From positions 1 to 64,000 of IMG/VR virus record IMGVR_UViG_3300020049_013434: a stretch of DNA of 64,000 nt. One strand, given 5' to 3'. Position 1 is the first letter of the stretch, and every line of letters starts with the position of its first letter. The position numbers were made by a program, and so were the translations under genes. The DNA is from a virus. Its lineage: Duplodnaviria > Caudoviricetes. Under the pieces are notes generated by a model. The model saw nothing but the letters and a program-made list of their open reading frames with translations. It was not told where the DNA came from and made no database searches. Of the stretch, positions 8,868 through 18,265 are shown piece after piece.

Positions 8868-10262
8868 ATGGCTACCATTGTGAAAAGACAAGACGTGGAT
8901 CGAGCGCGTCTGGTTACAGAAGGGCTTGCGCGTCCAGACGAGGAAGTGCAAATGTTGGCAATGATTTACCGGGCGAAGCCGGAGGATCGTGCCGCCATCG
9001 TGTCGAAGCTAAACGAGAACGCATTCTTTGACACCCACACCCGGATACAGTTTCTTGCCCTGCGCCGCATGATTGAGCGCAGCAAGGAGATTGATCCAAT
9101 CAGTACAGCCGCCGAGTCGCGGCGTATTTCCATTGAGCAACGATTAGATATCAAGCTGTCCCCCAAAGACTTTGGAGACCTCTCCAAGATAGAACTACCG
9201 ACCGACCCAGAAGCAACAGCGCGCACCCTCAACAACATTGCCCTCCTGCGCGACATGTTTGAGTTCGGGCGGTGGATCGTGAAGGGAGTGCAGGACCTGC
9301 CCGACACCGAAGAGCTGGAGAAAATGATTGGAGAAGCGCAGCAGAAGCTGACCGGCATTAAGCCACCGCGACCAGACAACCGCATTCACTACGGCGACGA
9401 AATGCCGCAGAAGCTCATGGCAAATATTCGTGAGCGCCGCGAGCTATTCAAGTCAGGTCACTCCGTCTTTATTAATTTCCCGTGGAATAGTTGGAACGAT
9501 CATGTCGGCATTCACACCCCCGGCAAGCTTCTCATGGTCGCCATGCCGGACGGTTCAGGCAAGTCCACGGTCGGCGCTCAGATCGCCTGGCACGTCGCTG
9601 AGAAGCTGAAGCATGAGGTATTCATTATCGCCCTGGAAGACGGCATTGATAGTATCCAGGGGCGCATTGCCTCCCGCGTCGCCGGCATTAATTACAACAG
9701 GTTTCTCATTGGCGACATTACCGACCAGGAAGAAGAGACACTGGAGAAGTCTCTCATGAACTTCCCGAAGCGCTTGCACTTTGCGATTATGCCGGGCGCC
9801 TCCTCCGACGAAGTGATACGCGAAATGGAGCTTCAGCACATGAACGGTCGCCTGCAGGTTGGGATCATTGACTACTTCAATGCAATGGCTCCCTCAGCCC
9901 GCAACGTCAAGCTCTACGGTGGGCTATACAATAGCCAGAAGGGCGACGCCAACGACCTGGTCGCCTTCTCTACCGCCAACAAGGTCCCCATTATCACCTT
10001 CGATCAAATGAACAAAGGCTTTATGAAGCTCAGCAAGAAAGAGAAGAAGGAGCAGGGTCGAGGCAATATCTTCGGCGGCTCCGGCAAGTTCCATGCCAGC
10101 CAGATCGTTATCCTTGGCGAGAATGAGGGTCCGCAGGCTGAAGACCAGCAGTTCGACATGATCAAGTGGTGGATCGACAAGAGCAACAACGGCAAGAAGC
10201 AGTACGAGTTCACCCAGGAAATGGTACACGGTCGCTATATCCTGAAGGACATTGGCGCGTAG
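8868..10262 (+). CDS. dnaB: DnaB-like replicative helicase
   Basis: DnaB N-terminal domain, Walker A PDGSGKST, ALED, IIDY, DQMNK. Confidence 0.8.
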   Translation: MATIVKRQDVDRARLVTEGLARPDEEVQMLAMIYRAKPEDRAAIVSKLNENAFFDTHTRIQFLALRRMIERSKEIDPISTAAESRRISIEQRLDIKLSPKDFGDLSKIELPTDPEATARTLNNIALLRDMFEFGRWIVKGVQDLPDTEELEKMIGEAQQKLTGIKPPRPDNRIHYGDEMPQKLMANIRERRELFKSGHSVFINFPWNSWNDHVGIHTPGKLLMVAMPDGSGKSTVGAQIAWHVAEKLKHEVFIIALEDGIDSIQGRIASRVAGINYNRFLIGDITDQEEETLEKSLMNFPKRLHFAIMPGASSDEVIREMELQHMNGRLQVGIIDYFNAMAPSARNVKLYGGLYNSQKGDANDLVAFSTANKVPIITFDQMNKGFMKLSKKEKKEQGRGNIFGGSGKFHASQIVILGENEGPQAEDQQFDMIKWWIDKSNNGKKQYEFTQEMVHGRYILKDIGA

Positions 10263-10329
10263 AACCTACAACCGCCCACGATATAGCCAGGTAATCCCCC
10301 GACTGGCACCCCACTTTCCTCTCCTCGAA

Positions 10330-10367
10330 AATTCCCTATTGACACTGAGTTTCAATCGTGATACAAT
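10330..10367 (+). promoter_or_regulatory. sigma70-type promoter
   Basis: AATTCCCTA-TTGACA(10339-10344)-17 nt-TACAAT(10362-10367), extended TG. Confidence 0.8.
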
Positions 10368-10408
10368 CCCACTTGTCAGTCAATTGTCTGCAAAAGAAGG
10401 GATATGTT

Positions 10409-10687
10409 ATGGCGTCAAAGAGACTCAGCTTTCGTCTACAGGAAGAATCTGAGGAGATTGCTACCTGGGAAAAGCTGAAGAAGAAGCACCCGAACAAGAA
10501 GGATCAACAGATATTCAACGAGCTCCTTCGACGTGAGGCGATACGGATAGACAACAAGGAGACGCATTCTGACATACTGAGGAGGGTAGAGGAAAAAGTG
10601 GAGGACGTTGGCATGATAAGAGAAGTACGAGAAGGTATACGACTGTTGATTCAACATGTTTCAGCGGGAGGATCTAATGACAGCTAA
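10409..10687 (+). CDS. ribbon-helix-helix-like small regulator
   Basis: N-terminal KRLSFRL strand followed by helices; ATG 10409 lies downstream of the promoter. Confidence 0.45.
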   Translation: MASKRLSFRLQEESEEIATWEKLKKKHPNKKDQQIFNELLRREAIRIDNKETHSDILRRVEEKVEDVGMIREVREGIRLLIQHVSAGGSNDS

Positions 10688-11033
10688 ACCAATGCACCAA
10701 CGAGGTGCCGGCGCAGACGAGCCAACCTGGGCAGAGAGAATGGAAGCCGAAAAGCAGGAGTTGATTGCCGACAAATTCTTCCTTAGAGGACTGGAAGGCA
10801 TGAGCGAGACGGAAATCGAAATGTTTTTCGACGAGTTCATGAAGCGTCGCGTTGTGCCGAAGAAGAGCGTATCGATACCGGAAGCCCGTCGAAAGATTTT
10901 TGACGACGTAATGGCTGAGCCGACCTGGGTGGAGAGCAACTCACTGCTGGCACAACAGGACATGCGCGAACGCTGTGCCAATGCCGCCGTCGGAGCCTTC
11001 GACAAGTTCGTCGCTGATCTTCCCGTTACTTAG
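10677..11033 (+). CDS. hypothetical protein
   Basis: RBS GGGAGG. Confidence 0.55.
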   Translation: MTAKPMHQRGAGADEPTWAERMEAEKQELIADKFFLRGLEGMSETEIEMFFDEFMKRRVVPKKSVSIPEARRKIFDDVMAEPTWVESNSLLAQQDMRERCANAAVGAFDKFVADLPVT

Positions 11034-11048
11034 AACGAGTCTAAAACT

Positions 11049-11942
11049 ATGAGTAAAGTTATCTACGCTTTAGCACTATTGGTTTCCCTGCTGCCTGGGC
11101 ACGTACAAGCCCAGAGCCGTTGGCGGGAAATGGGAATCACGTCGCCCGAAATGGCAGCGTGGTTCCAGAAGAATGCCGGACCCCAAGATATCGCACGGGT
11201 CGATCACCCGAACGACATTGGGCTGATTGCCGGCATTACAGTCGGACGCAAAATGATTATCTTCAAGACCGTCAGCCAGATCAAGTCGTTCCTCGCCAGC
11301 AACCCCAATGGCTTGGACATTATCGGCTACAACCTAGAGGCTGGGCAGACCAACGACCCGAACGAGCTGGCTGACCCAGTGGGCGCTGCAAAGGCTGTAC
11401 GAGCCGTAGCGCAGCAGTACGGCAAGCTCGTGGCTATTGGTCTTACTAAGAGCCTGACGAATCAATACGGGCCAGATATGGCGCCCTACGCGCATATCTG
11501 GATACTTCAGGTCCAGAAGGCGCAGAACAACCCGTCCGAAGTTGTAGCTTGGGTCAAGCCCATGAGCGCCAAGTTGAAGGCTGCCAACCCGAACCTGGAG
11601 ATTGGGGTGCAGATTCGTACCGACAGTGAGTCGCAAGTCTTGGGTGGGTTGGTTGCACAAATGCCGTGGCTGGAAGGGGTGTCGATTCTAACTCAGCGCA
11701 GTGACGTTCAGCCAGCGATCAGCGTTGCCTCAGTATTTTTTGGCAAACCTGTGGTAGCGGGTGCGGCGCAGGCAGTGGCGGGAAGCCCGCAGGTTGCCGC
11801 AGCGCCCATGGCAGCCATGAGTTATCGAGTCGAGTTCGCGCCTGGCGCCGTTGACGGCATGCTGGGGCTGTTGTTTCTGTGTTGCTGTTATTGGATATAC
11901 ACATTCTTTGACGACGAGGAGGAGCCCAATGGATCTCGTTAA
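11049..11942 (+). CDS. secreted, C-terminally anchored protein (possible TIM-barrel/glycosidase-like domain)
   Basis: signal peptide (VQA|QS), alternating beta/alpha core, Ala-rich linker, C-terminal TM. Confidence 0.6.
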   Translation: MSKVIYALALLVSLLPGHVQAQSRWREMGITSPEMAAWFQKNAGPQDIARVDHPNDIGLIAGITVGRKMIIFKTVSQIKSFLASNPNGLDIIGYNLEAGQTNDPNELADPVGAAKAVRAVAQQYGKLVAIGLTKSLTNQYGPDMAPYAHIWILQVQKAQNNPSEVVAWVKPMSAKLKAANPNLEIGVQIRTDSESQVLGGLVAQMPWLEGVSILTQRSDVQPAISVASVFFGKPVVAGAAQAVAGSPQVAAAPMAAMSYRVEFAPGAVDGMLGLLFLCCCYWIYTFFDDEEEPNGSR

Positions 11943-12933
11943 CTACAAGCGGTTGGTTGAAGACCGCGTTGAAACCATAGCAATTACGGCGCGCGGGTAC
12001 AGCCCAATCGCTATGCCGATTATTTCCGGTATCGGGCTCGTCTTCGCCTTTTACGACGGCGGCAGTCGGGTTCTGATTGGAACTGGGGTCAACAGTATAA
12101 TCGCCACGATCATTGCAACGGTTGCCGGAGTCGTTGTTACCGTGCTGATCGAGGGAATGACGATCGCAACCATGTTCACGGAAGACGAGACGCGCCAGGT
12201 CCCCGACTACGAAAAGGACAAGGTACTAAGCAAGGCGCCGAGCAACAAGCAAGGCATGTTCTTCGCCACACTCGCCTCAATCTTTATGCTGGAATCTGGT
12301 CCGGCGCTATGGTCACTGTGGGAAGGCTCAGTATCACCAGAGCTTGCAATCTTTCGTATTGGGCTGATTGTATTCCCATTTTTCAGTCGGATCGCCGCCT
12401 CTACGTTCAGCATTAATCAACTGCTTAACGTGGCTCTGCGCGAGAAAAGAGCAGAGAATGCTATCCATGAAGTCGAGCTTTCGGTCAAAATTGATACTGC
12501 CCGTCGCAAGCAAATGTTGCTGTCTGAGATTGACATTGCCGGCGCCGTCGACGAAAAGCGCGCCCGTGTCCATGCTAAGCTTGCTAAGCTAGGCGCAAAC
12601 AATGCGCCGCTCATGCTCACAGAAACTGTAACGAAGAGTGAAAACGAGGGTGTAAACGGAAGTGTAAACGAAGTGGAAACGGGTGGAAAGTCCGACGAGG
12701 AAATTATGCTTCTGATCGCGGAAGCACTCGTGGAGGAGCCGTCAATTTCCACTCGCAAGCTGGGTGGAAAGTTAGGCGTCAGCCATACGAAGGTTGGACA
12801 GCTAATTGCACAGCTTGTGGAAAGCGAAGTGTTTAGTGTTTCTAGCGGAGGAAAGGGGAAGCCAAATTCATATACGCCCAACGGGCGCTTCGACGAATAC
12901 ATGGCGGCGTCGCAATTGGTAGTGAGAGACTGA
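11929..12933 (+). CDS. multi-TM membrane protein with coiled coil and C-terminal winged HTH (SpdB/DUF2637-like architecture)
   Basis: about 4 hydrophobic helices; C-terminal EEPSISTRKLGGKLGVSHTKVGQLIAQL wHTH. Confidence 0.6.
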   Translation: MDLVNYKRLVEDRVETIAITARGYSPIAMPIISGIGLVFAFYDGGSRVLIGTGVNSIIATIIATVAGVVVTVLIEGMTIATMFTEDETRQVPDYEKDKVLSKAPSNKQGMFFATLASIFMLESGPALWSLWEGSVSPELAIFRIGLIVFPFFSRIAASTFSINQLLNVALREKRAENAIHEVELSVKIDTARRKQMLLSEIDIAGAVDEKRARVHAKLAKLGANNAPLMLTETVTKSENEGVNGSVNEVETGGKSDEEIMLLIAEALVEEPSISTRKLGGKLGVSHTKVGQLIAQLVESEVFSVSSGGKGKPNSYTPNGRFDEYMAASQLVVRD

Positions 12934-12961
12934 TTGCGATTGCCAGGATTGTTGATACTCT

Positions 12962-13035
12962 GTGTCAAAATTGGACAAAGTGTCAAAAACTGACATAAAT
13001 TGGGTATTGACACCGAGTATCAGAAATGGTACTAT
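12962..13035 (+). promoter_or_regulatory. promoter with tandem TGTCA-N5-TGACA operator-like sites
   Basis: TGTCAAAATTGGACA (12963-12977) and TGTCAAAAACTGACA (12981-12995); TTGACA(13007-13012)-17 nt-TACTAT(13030-13035). Confidence 0.65.
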
Positions 13036-13045
13036 GGTGAAGGGA

Positions 13046-13849
13046 ATGATTAAGGCTTTACTTCTGGACTGTGACTACACAGTCTGGGACCGTAAGACTG
13101 AGGAAGTGTACGACGCAGCAAAACAGCGATTGCATTCTTTGCCGAGCTATGTGAGAGTAGCCTTTTGTACGAATCAGACTTCAGTGGGCTCCCGCTACTG
13201 GATGAAGAAGGGGGGCTTTGGTGACCCGACAAAGCTCAAGGGCGAGAAGGCAATACGGAACCTTTACAATCGAATAGTGCAAGAAGAATTAGAGTTACGT
13301 GACGCCCCCATTTACATGGCATTCCGCAAGCAGGGCAAGGGCGGGACTTGGGGACCAGCCGAGAGCGACGCTCCCGAATGGGACAAGGACTGGGTGAAGC
13401 CTGGCGGCGGTATGTTGCTACAAGCCATGAAGGACCTGGGCGTCACACGAGAAGAAGTCGTATACATTGGCGACGACAGCGACGAAGAGCGGCCCGACAG
13501 CGGGGCAGCCAAGGCGGCAGGGGTGAAGTTCTACAAAGCGCCGGCAATCTGGGGCGACGAGAGCTTCTGGAAAGGCTTCGGCTTTACCCAGCAGACTCTG
13601 ATCGAAGCGCCGGCACTGACAGAGAAAGACCTGTCAGCTTTCATGGAGAACAATGGGAAGCTAAGTCACGCCGAGATCATGGCGAACCTCAATCGCATAG
13701 CTGCCGACCCGCTGAAGAATCTCCCCGACACACTGCCGACCTACGGCGGTCGTGAAGGGGCACAACGAGCCGCCGCACTGGCAATCGCCAACAGTCCACG
13801 GTCCTCTGCTCAGCCGGAAGTGAAGAAGAAGAGAGGAAAGAGACGCTAA
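13046..13849 (+). CDS. HAD-IIIA family phosphatase (polynucleotide 3'-phosphatase/GmhB-like)
   Basis: DCDYT, CTNQ, KPGGGML, YIGDD; extra C-terminal domain. Confidence 0.75.
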   Translation: MIKALLLDCDYTVWDRKTEEVYDAAKQRLHSLPSYVRVAFCTNQTSVGSRYWMKKGGFGDPTKLKGEKAIRNLYNRIVQEELELRDAPIYMAFRKQGKGGTWGPAESDAPEWDKDWVKPGGGMLLQAMKDLGVTREEVVYIGDDSDEERPDSGAAKAAGVKFYKAPAIWGDESFWKGFGFTQQTLIEAPALTEKDLSAFMENNGKLSHAEIMANLNRIAADPLKNLPDTLPTYGGREGAQRAAALAIANSPRSSAQPEVKKKRGKRR

Positions 13850-14370
13850 TGTGGACAATACTTAAGCATATCAGAGGACTAATCGCATTCGGATTCCTGC
13901 TGGTAGCGCTGTTCGGAGCTGGTTTTCTTGGTGGAAACATTCTAAACCCGAAGCCGCCTGAGTCAGTAGCGACAGTGCAGCCGAGACCGCTGGTCACACC
14001 GGCGACACCAGCCCCAGCAGTGGTTATGACAGCGACGAGATTGGCGACAACGACCACTGCGCTACAGCCTGGCAACCCGATTCGTGTGAACTTCTCTACG
14101 GGGAGCTACGGCGCTAATCGCTCAGGGCAACTCGCAGGAACGACCGACACCTATGCGCTGTGGGCTAAGGGTGGGCAGGTTATGAAGCTGGCGCTGACGG
14201 TGGACGGCGGGTCTGCTCAACTGGCACTACAGCGCATGGACAACGGCTCGTTTGCCTGGAAGGACTTAGGTCCGACGAGCGGAGTGACGACGACGTTGCC
14301 GGCGAATGGAGACTATCTGGTACACGTTTATGGGCGAGCACGATACCAAGTCGCCTTTGAGATTAAGTAG
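13849..14370 (+). CDS. membrane-anchored protein with PPC-like beta-sandwich
   Basis: N-terminal TM, P/T/A linker, DTYAL..KGGQVM...LPANGDYLVHV. Confidence 0.6.
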   Translation: MWTILKHIRGLIAFGFLLVALFGAGFLGGNILNPKPPESVATVQPRPLVTPATPAPAVVMTATRLATTTTALQPGNPIRVNFSTGSYGANRSGQLAGTTDTYALWAKGGQVMKLALTVDGGSAQLALQRMDNGSFAWKDLGPTSGVTTTLPANGDYLVHVYGRARYQVAFEIK

Positions 14371-14379
14371 GAGGAAAGA

Positions 14380-14667
14380 ATGATAGACGGAAGCTTTCTT
14401 AGGGTTTCAGTAGTTCTAGGAATTCTATCCATTTGTTTCGGCTGGGTGAGCTACGGCGACATAGTCAGATTCGACAGAGACAGCTACCTCCTTGGTCTCA
14501 TGATGGGAGCCGGAGCATTCTTCTGGATCATGTTTTTCGCAGGATCGATAGTCTATCTACGGGACAAACGCGAGCGAAATCAACGGGCAATGGAGGATAG
14601 AATCGTCAACCGGGTGAAGTTGATTGTTAACCCTCCCCCCTTCCCTACTTCGCTCCGTGAAAAATAA
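14380..14667 (+). CDS. 2-TM membrane protein
   Basis: two hydrophobic helices; RBS GGAGG. Confidence 0.65.
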   Translation: MIDGSFLRVSVVLGILSICFGWVSYGDIVRFDRDSYLLGLMMGAGAFFWIMFFAGSIVYLRDKRERNQRAMEDRIVNRVKLIVNPPPFPTSLREK

Positions 14668-14693
14668 AAGTGTAGGGAATTACACGAGCATTA

Positions 14694-14725
14694 GTTAATT
14701 ATCAACCCAGTAGTTGATAATTAAC
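14694..14725. repeat. perfect 13-bp inverted repeat
   Basis: GTTAATTATCAAC-ccagta-GTTGATAATTAAC. Confidence 0.85.
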
Positions 14726-14745
14726 CCACTGTTTTTGAGGTCAAA

Positions 14746-15105
14746 ATGGAGAAAAATGTAGCGCAAGAAGGAGAAAGAAGACGACGATCTTCAGTACTTA
14801 GGGCACTCGATTCGACACTGCGTCACGCTTATGAAATTGGCGACGTGATAGCAGGGGGCTGGTCGTTCTCACGACGTGAAATGTGGGACAAAATGTCGGA
14901 CTACGAATGGCGCCGGGCGCGCGGCATGTTGATACACGTTGGCATTCTGGATAAGTACGGGGAGCCAGTCATTTGCGACCCGGTTGAGATCGGCGAGCTA
15001 TTGCTTGCGGAGTACAACGATCAGTCGGACGCAATAAAGAATGGCAGAACGCCGCCCTACCTTGTGCGCAAAGACTACAACAAGAAGAGGAGAAGTATTT
15101 CATGA
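14746..15105 (+). CDS. hypothetical protein
   Basis: 119 aa; RBS GAGG. Confidence 0.6.
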   Translation: MEKNVAQEGERRRRSSVLRALDSTLRHAYEIGDVIAGGWSFSRREMWDKMSDYEWRRARGMLIHVGILDKYGEPVICDPVEIGELLLAEYNDQSDAIKNGRTPPYLVRKDYNKKRRSIS

Positions 15106-16406
15106 AGCGCTTAATCGCCCTCATTGTTCTACTGGCAGTATTCGTGCCAATGCCGGCCCACGCCGAAGAGGGCGATTATGGCAGCCGGTTGTTATCGAAG
15201 GACGGCAAGTGGTTGCTGCCCGTCGCTACTCGGATCAACGGCAGTGACGAGGCTAAGCACGTTGGTCGTGGCAGTGTGTTGGCTTGGGACCTGGTGGCTC
15301 CGCTCAACACGCCCGTCTACGCCATGGGACCCGGCAAGGTTGAGTATGCCGGCTGCGACAACAAAGGAGGCTATGGCTGCTGGCTCTTTATCAACCACGG
15401 AGCATTCAAGGCAGTCTACGGTCACATGGTGAAGGGTTCGATTCCGGTTAAGAGTGGTCAAATGGTTGACGTACAGACCGTGATTGGAAAGGTTGGAATG
15501 ACCGGCATGACCAGCTTCGGACCCCACACTCACTTGGAAATGCAGAAGCCGGGCGGCGGTCGTTTCCGTATCGACGACTTCTTTGACCGCAGCGGTATGC
15601 GCTTCTGCAACCTGTGCAGCGTGAGTGGGGAGCCGGCAGTATGGGCAGGGGCGACAAGAGCTGGTGGCGAGCCTGCCAAGGCGCCACAGCCACAAGTCCA
15701 AGCTCAGCCGCAGGTTGTTTATTCAGCCAACAGCAATCTACAAGTCGTTGGCTTACTGTTCGTGATTCTACTCTTCCTGTTCCTGGTCTGGTTCTTTAGC
15801 GGAAATACTTCGACAGTGCGCGACGCAGCAGTCACAATAGCAGTTGTCACCTTGCCCCTATGGGCGCCAATCTGGTTCATGGCAGCGGGCTCAGCGACGG
15901 CAGCGCCCGTACAGGCAGCGGCCGCACCCAGAACAACCGAGTCAGTCACCGCGGCGCCGGCAGGGGCTTGGGAGTATGCCTACAAGTTTGCGAGCAAGTG
16001 GGAAGGTGAGAAGTGTACCGAGGACGGCGCTCATACGTATGCCGGTGTCACGCAGGGCGCCTGGAACAAGTTTACAAAGCGCCACGGCTTACCGCAGAGC
16101 GACGTGTGTGCAGCGCTGCCTGACTCAAAGGTGCGAGGGTTAATCTTCTACGAGGACTACTGGCTCAAGAGTGGCGCCGACAAATTGCCAACCCTCGTAG
16201 CCATTGCCCACAGCGACTTTGCTTACAACGTGGGTGCAGGCGAAAAGGGTGCCGCCATGAAGACCCTGGCGAAGTGCGGCACGGACGTCGTCTGTTATAT
16301 CAAGGAGCGCTTGCGCTGGTATCAACAGGAGTGTGGAAACTGTAGCGCGGGGCATATCAATCGTACTAAGGACCTGGTCACATATCTGAATAGTTTAATC
16401 AAGTAG
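15102..16406 (+). CDS. secreted M23 peptidase + 2 TM + GH108-like lysozyme fusion
   Basis: signal peptide; M23 motifs H..WDL, YGHM, GPHTHLE; two TMs; KWEG..TYAGVT..YW..DFAYNVG. Confidence 0.75.
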   Translation: MKRLIALIVLLAVFVPMPAHAEEGDYGSRLLSKDGKWLLPVATRINGSDEAKHVGRGSVLAWDLVAPLNTPVYAMGPGKVEYAGCDNKGGYGCWLFINHGAFKAVYGHMVKGSIPVKSGQMVDVQTVIGKVGMTGMTSFGPHTHLEMQKPGGGRFRIDDFFDRSGMRFCNLCSVSGEPAVWAGATRAGGEPAKAPQPQVQAQPQVVYSANSNLQVVGLLFVILLFLFLVWFFSGNTSTVRDAAVTIAVVTLPLWAPIWFMAAGSATAAPVQAAAAPRTTESVTAAPAGAWEYAYKFASKWEGEKCTEDGAHTYAGVTQGAWNKFTKRHGLPQSDVCAALPDSKVRGLIFYEDYWLKSGADKLPTLVAIAHSDFAYNVGAGEKGAAMKTLAKCGTDVVCYIKERLRWYQQECGNCSAGHINRTKDLVTYLNSLIK

Positions 16407-16416
16407 GAGAAACAAC

Positions 16417-17316
16417 ATGGAGATCTTTACCATTGTCGCCCGCTGGGTGGCAGTCAATAAGGAATTTACGGTAGCGCTGGTGCTGTGTGGCATTCTCATG
16501 AAGACGGCCTGGAAGCTGCGCCACAAACACTGGAAGGAGCTACTGCGGGAGGGCGCCACGTTCGTCGGTGTTGCTATCGCACTGCAATTCGGTATCTTCG
16601 CCCTGTTAAACGGCATGGTCCCTTCGATTATGGCAAATGTGCAATCGAGCGTCGTGACCCAAGGCGCTTCGCAGGTTGCCGGCAACACATTATCGGCTGG
16701 CGGCGCTATCCTGGACACCTTGGTCAGTGGCGGCAGCGGTGCTGTACCGCAGATTGAACTCGGCGATATCAATGTGCCGGCAGGAACACAGGGTAATCTG
16801 GTTGACAACATCATGGGCGTCCTGGAGTCCGGCAAGTCAACGGCAACCAATGCAGTGGAGCGCTTGACTCAGCCACAAGCGCCGGTTCAGAATAATGCGC
16901 AAGCGCCCGTGAATGCGGCGCCCGCAGTGCCGGTCACGAACCCGCAGCCAAAGCCCGCTGGCTGGGAAGCGCCTGCTTCAGGTCCAACTCAGGACCTCTG
17001 GCGACCAGATCCGAAGCCAGTACAGCAAGCAGCGCCAGTGGTTCAGCCGCAGCCACAACAGCAGGCAGCCCCTGCCTACGACTTAATGCAGCCGAATTTC
17101 TGGAAGAACAACTTCGGTGACGGCGACGGCGAGAATAAGCCTGGTAGTGGCGGTCCTACTGTACACACCGTGGTCAGTGGTGATAGTATGGGTAAGATTG
17201 CCAAGCAGTATGGTGTACCGGTCAACCAACTGTGCAAGCTCAATTATGAAGTAGTCAAGCAGAATTGCAATCTGTTGCGCAGCGGTATGGTGCTGACCAT
17301 TCCCGCAGTTAACTAA
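16417..17316 (+). CDS. membrane protein with C-terminal LysM
   Basis: 2 N-terminal TMs, P/Q/A linker, HTVVSGDSMGKIAKQYGV...LRSGMVLTIP. Confidence 0.8.
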   Translation: MEIFTIVARWVAVNKEFTVALVLCGILMKTAWKLRHKHWKELLREGATFVGVAIALQFGIFALLNGMVPSIMANVQSSVVTQGASQVAGNTLSAGGAILDTLVSGGSGAVPQIELGDINVPAGTQGNLVDNIMGVLESGKSTATNAVERLTQPQAPVQNNAQAPVNAAPAVPVTNPQPKPAGWEAPASGPTQDLWRPDPKPVQQAAPVVQPQPQQQAAPAYDLMQPNFWKNNFGDGDGENKPGSGGPTVHTVVSGDSMGKIAKQYGVPVNQLCKLNYEVVKQNCNLLRSGMVLTIPAVN

Positions 17317-17333
17317 GGAGAAAAGGATACGTC

Positions 17334-17681
17334 ATGAAGAATGCTACGATTCAAGCTAAGATTGTGTTTGCTGTTGGTTTACTAGGACTCCTGATCAGCC
17401 TGAACAGCCTGCGCTTGCCGGCGCAGAGCCCGACGCCCGTTGCCACGCTGACCGAGGATCAGAAGTGGGACGCCTTCTACATGCTGCGGGGGCAGGGCAC
17501 CTGGGCTGACTACGGGCTTATCGTTGCTCCCGGAGACAACCCGCAGAAGGTTCTAATCGACAGCACGCTCGACATGTACCCGACTTCGAGCCAGAAGGAT
17601 AGAATGCGCGCTCAAGACGTGGCGCAGCCAATGTTTAACCTCATGGCGCCAAACTTCTGGGCTCAGTTCGAGACGAAGTAG
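17334..17681 (+). CDS. membrane-anchored or secreted small protein
   Basis: N-terminal hydrophobic helix; RBS AAGGAG/AAGGA. Confidence 0.65.
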   Translation: MKNATIQAKIVFAVGLLGLLISLNSLRLPAQSPTPVATLTEDQKWDAFYMLRGQGTWADYGLIVAPGDNPQKVLIDSTLDMYPTSSQKDRMRAQDVAQPMFNLMAPNFWAQFETK

Positions 17682-17689
17682 GAGGGCGT

Positions 17690-18265
17690 ATGGAGAACTC
17701 AGAAGTCTTCTCAAGCCTGCTTGCACTGCTCTTGATCGTGTGGATATTCAATTGGATATTCGCCGACGACGACGGTGGACGCAGTGGCGGCGGACAAAGA
17801 CCTGGTGGACCAAGTGGACCGAGCGGCGGCAATCGTGGCGGCGGACAAAGACCTGGTGGACCAAGTGGACCGAGCGGCGGCAATCGTGGCAGTGGCGGCG
17901 GTATGCCAAGCCCAAGCTCCTTTAGTGGTGGTGGCTCTAAGCCCGCCGCCATGGACATGTCGGAGCTTGGTGGCAAGCCTTCGTTTGGCGGAAGAGAGAG
18001 TAGTGCCCGTCCTGAACCAAAGAAGCCACAAAGTGAGCCTGGCGAGTTGCCCGGTTTCCTTATGATTCCGCTGGGGATCATGGGCGCCCTGTTTCGCTGG
18101 GCGACTAAGCCACGGGGTAAGAAAGCACCAGTTACACCAAAGGCACCTGACAAGGCATGGGTGAGCAAGGAGGCGACGGAGCGACCGCGAGTTGGTGAGC
18201 GACCGCCGCCACCTCGCCCAACGAGACCAGCGGTAGTGAGTGAGGATAAGGAGGGAGAGGAGTAA
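17690..18265 (+). CDS. Gly/Pro-rich membrane protein
   Basis: N-terminal TM, GGGQRPGGPSGPSGGNR twice, second hydrophobic segment. Confidence 0.65.
   Translation: MENSEVFSSLLALLLIVWIFNWIFADDDGGRSGGGQRPGGPSGPSGGNRGGGQRPGGPSGPSGGNRGSGGGMPSPSSFSGGGSKPAAMDMSELGGKPSFGGRESSARPEPKKPQSEPGELPGFLMIPLGIMGALFRWATKPRGKKAPVTPKAPDKAWVSKEATERPRVGERPPPPRPTRPAVVSEDKEGEE
17784..17890 (+). repeat. 51-bp tandem duplication (2 copies plus 5 nt)
   Basis: identical units start at 17784 and 17835. Confidence 0.9.

Noticed and set aside
12962-13045. N-terminal extension of the HAD ORF (likewise 54819-54983 and 10358-10408)
   Set aside because: These stretches contain promoter elements; downstream ATGs have RBSs
17784-17890. 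Repeat as a CRISPR or mini-array
   Set aside because: Two abutting in-frame 51-bp units with no spacer; this is a coding duplication
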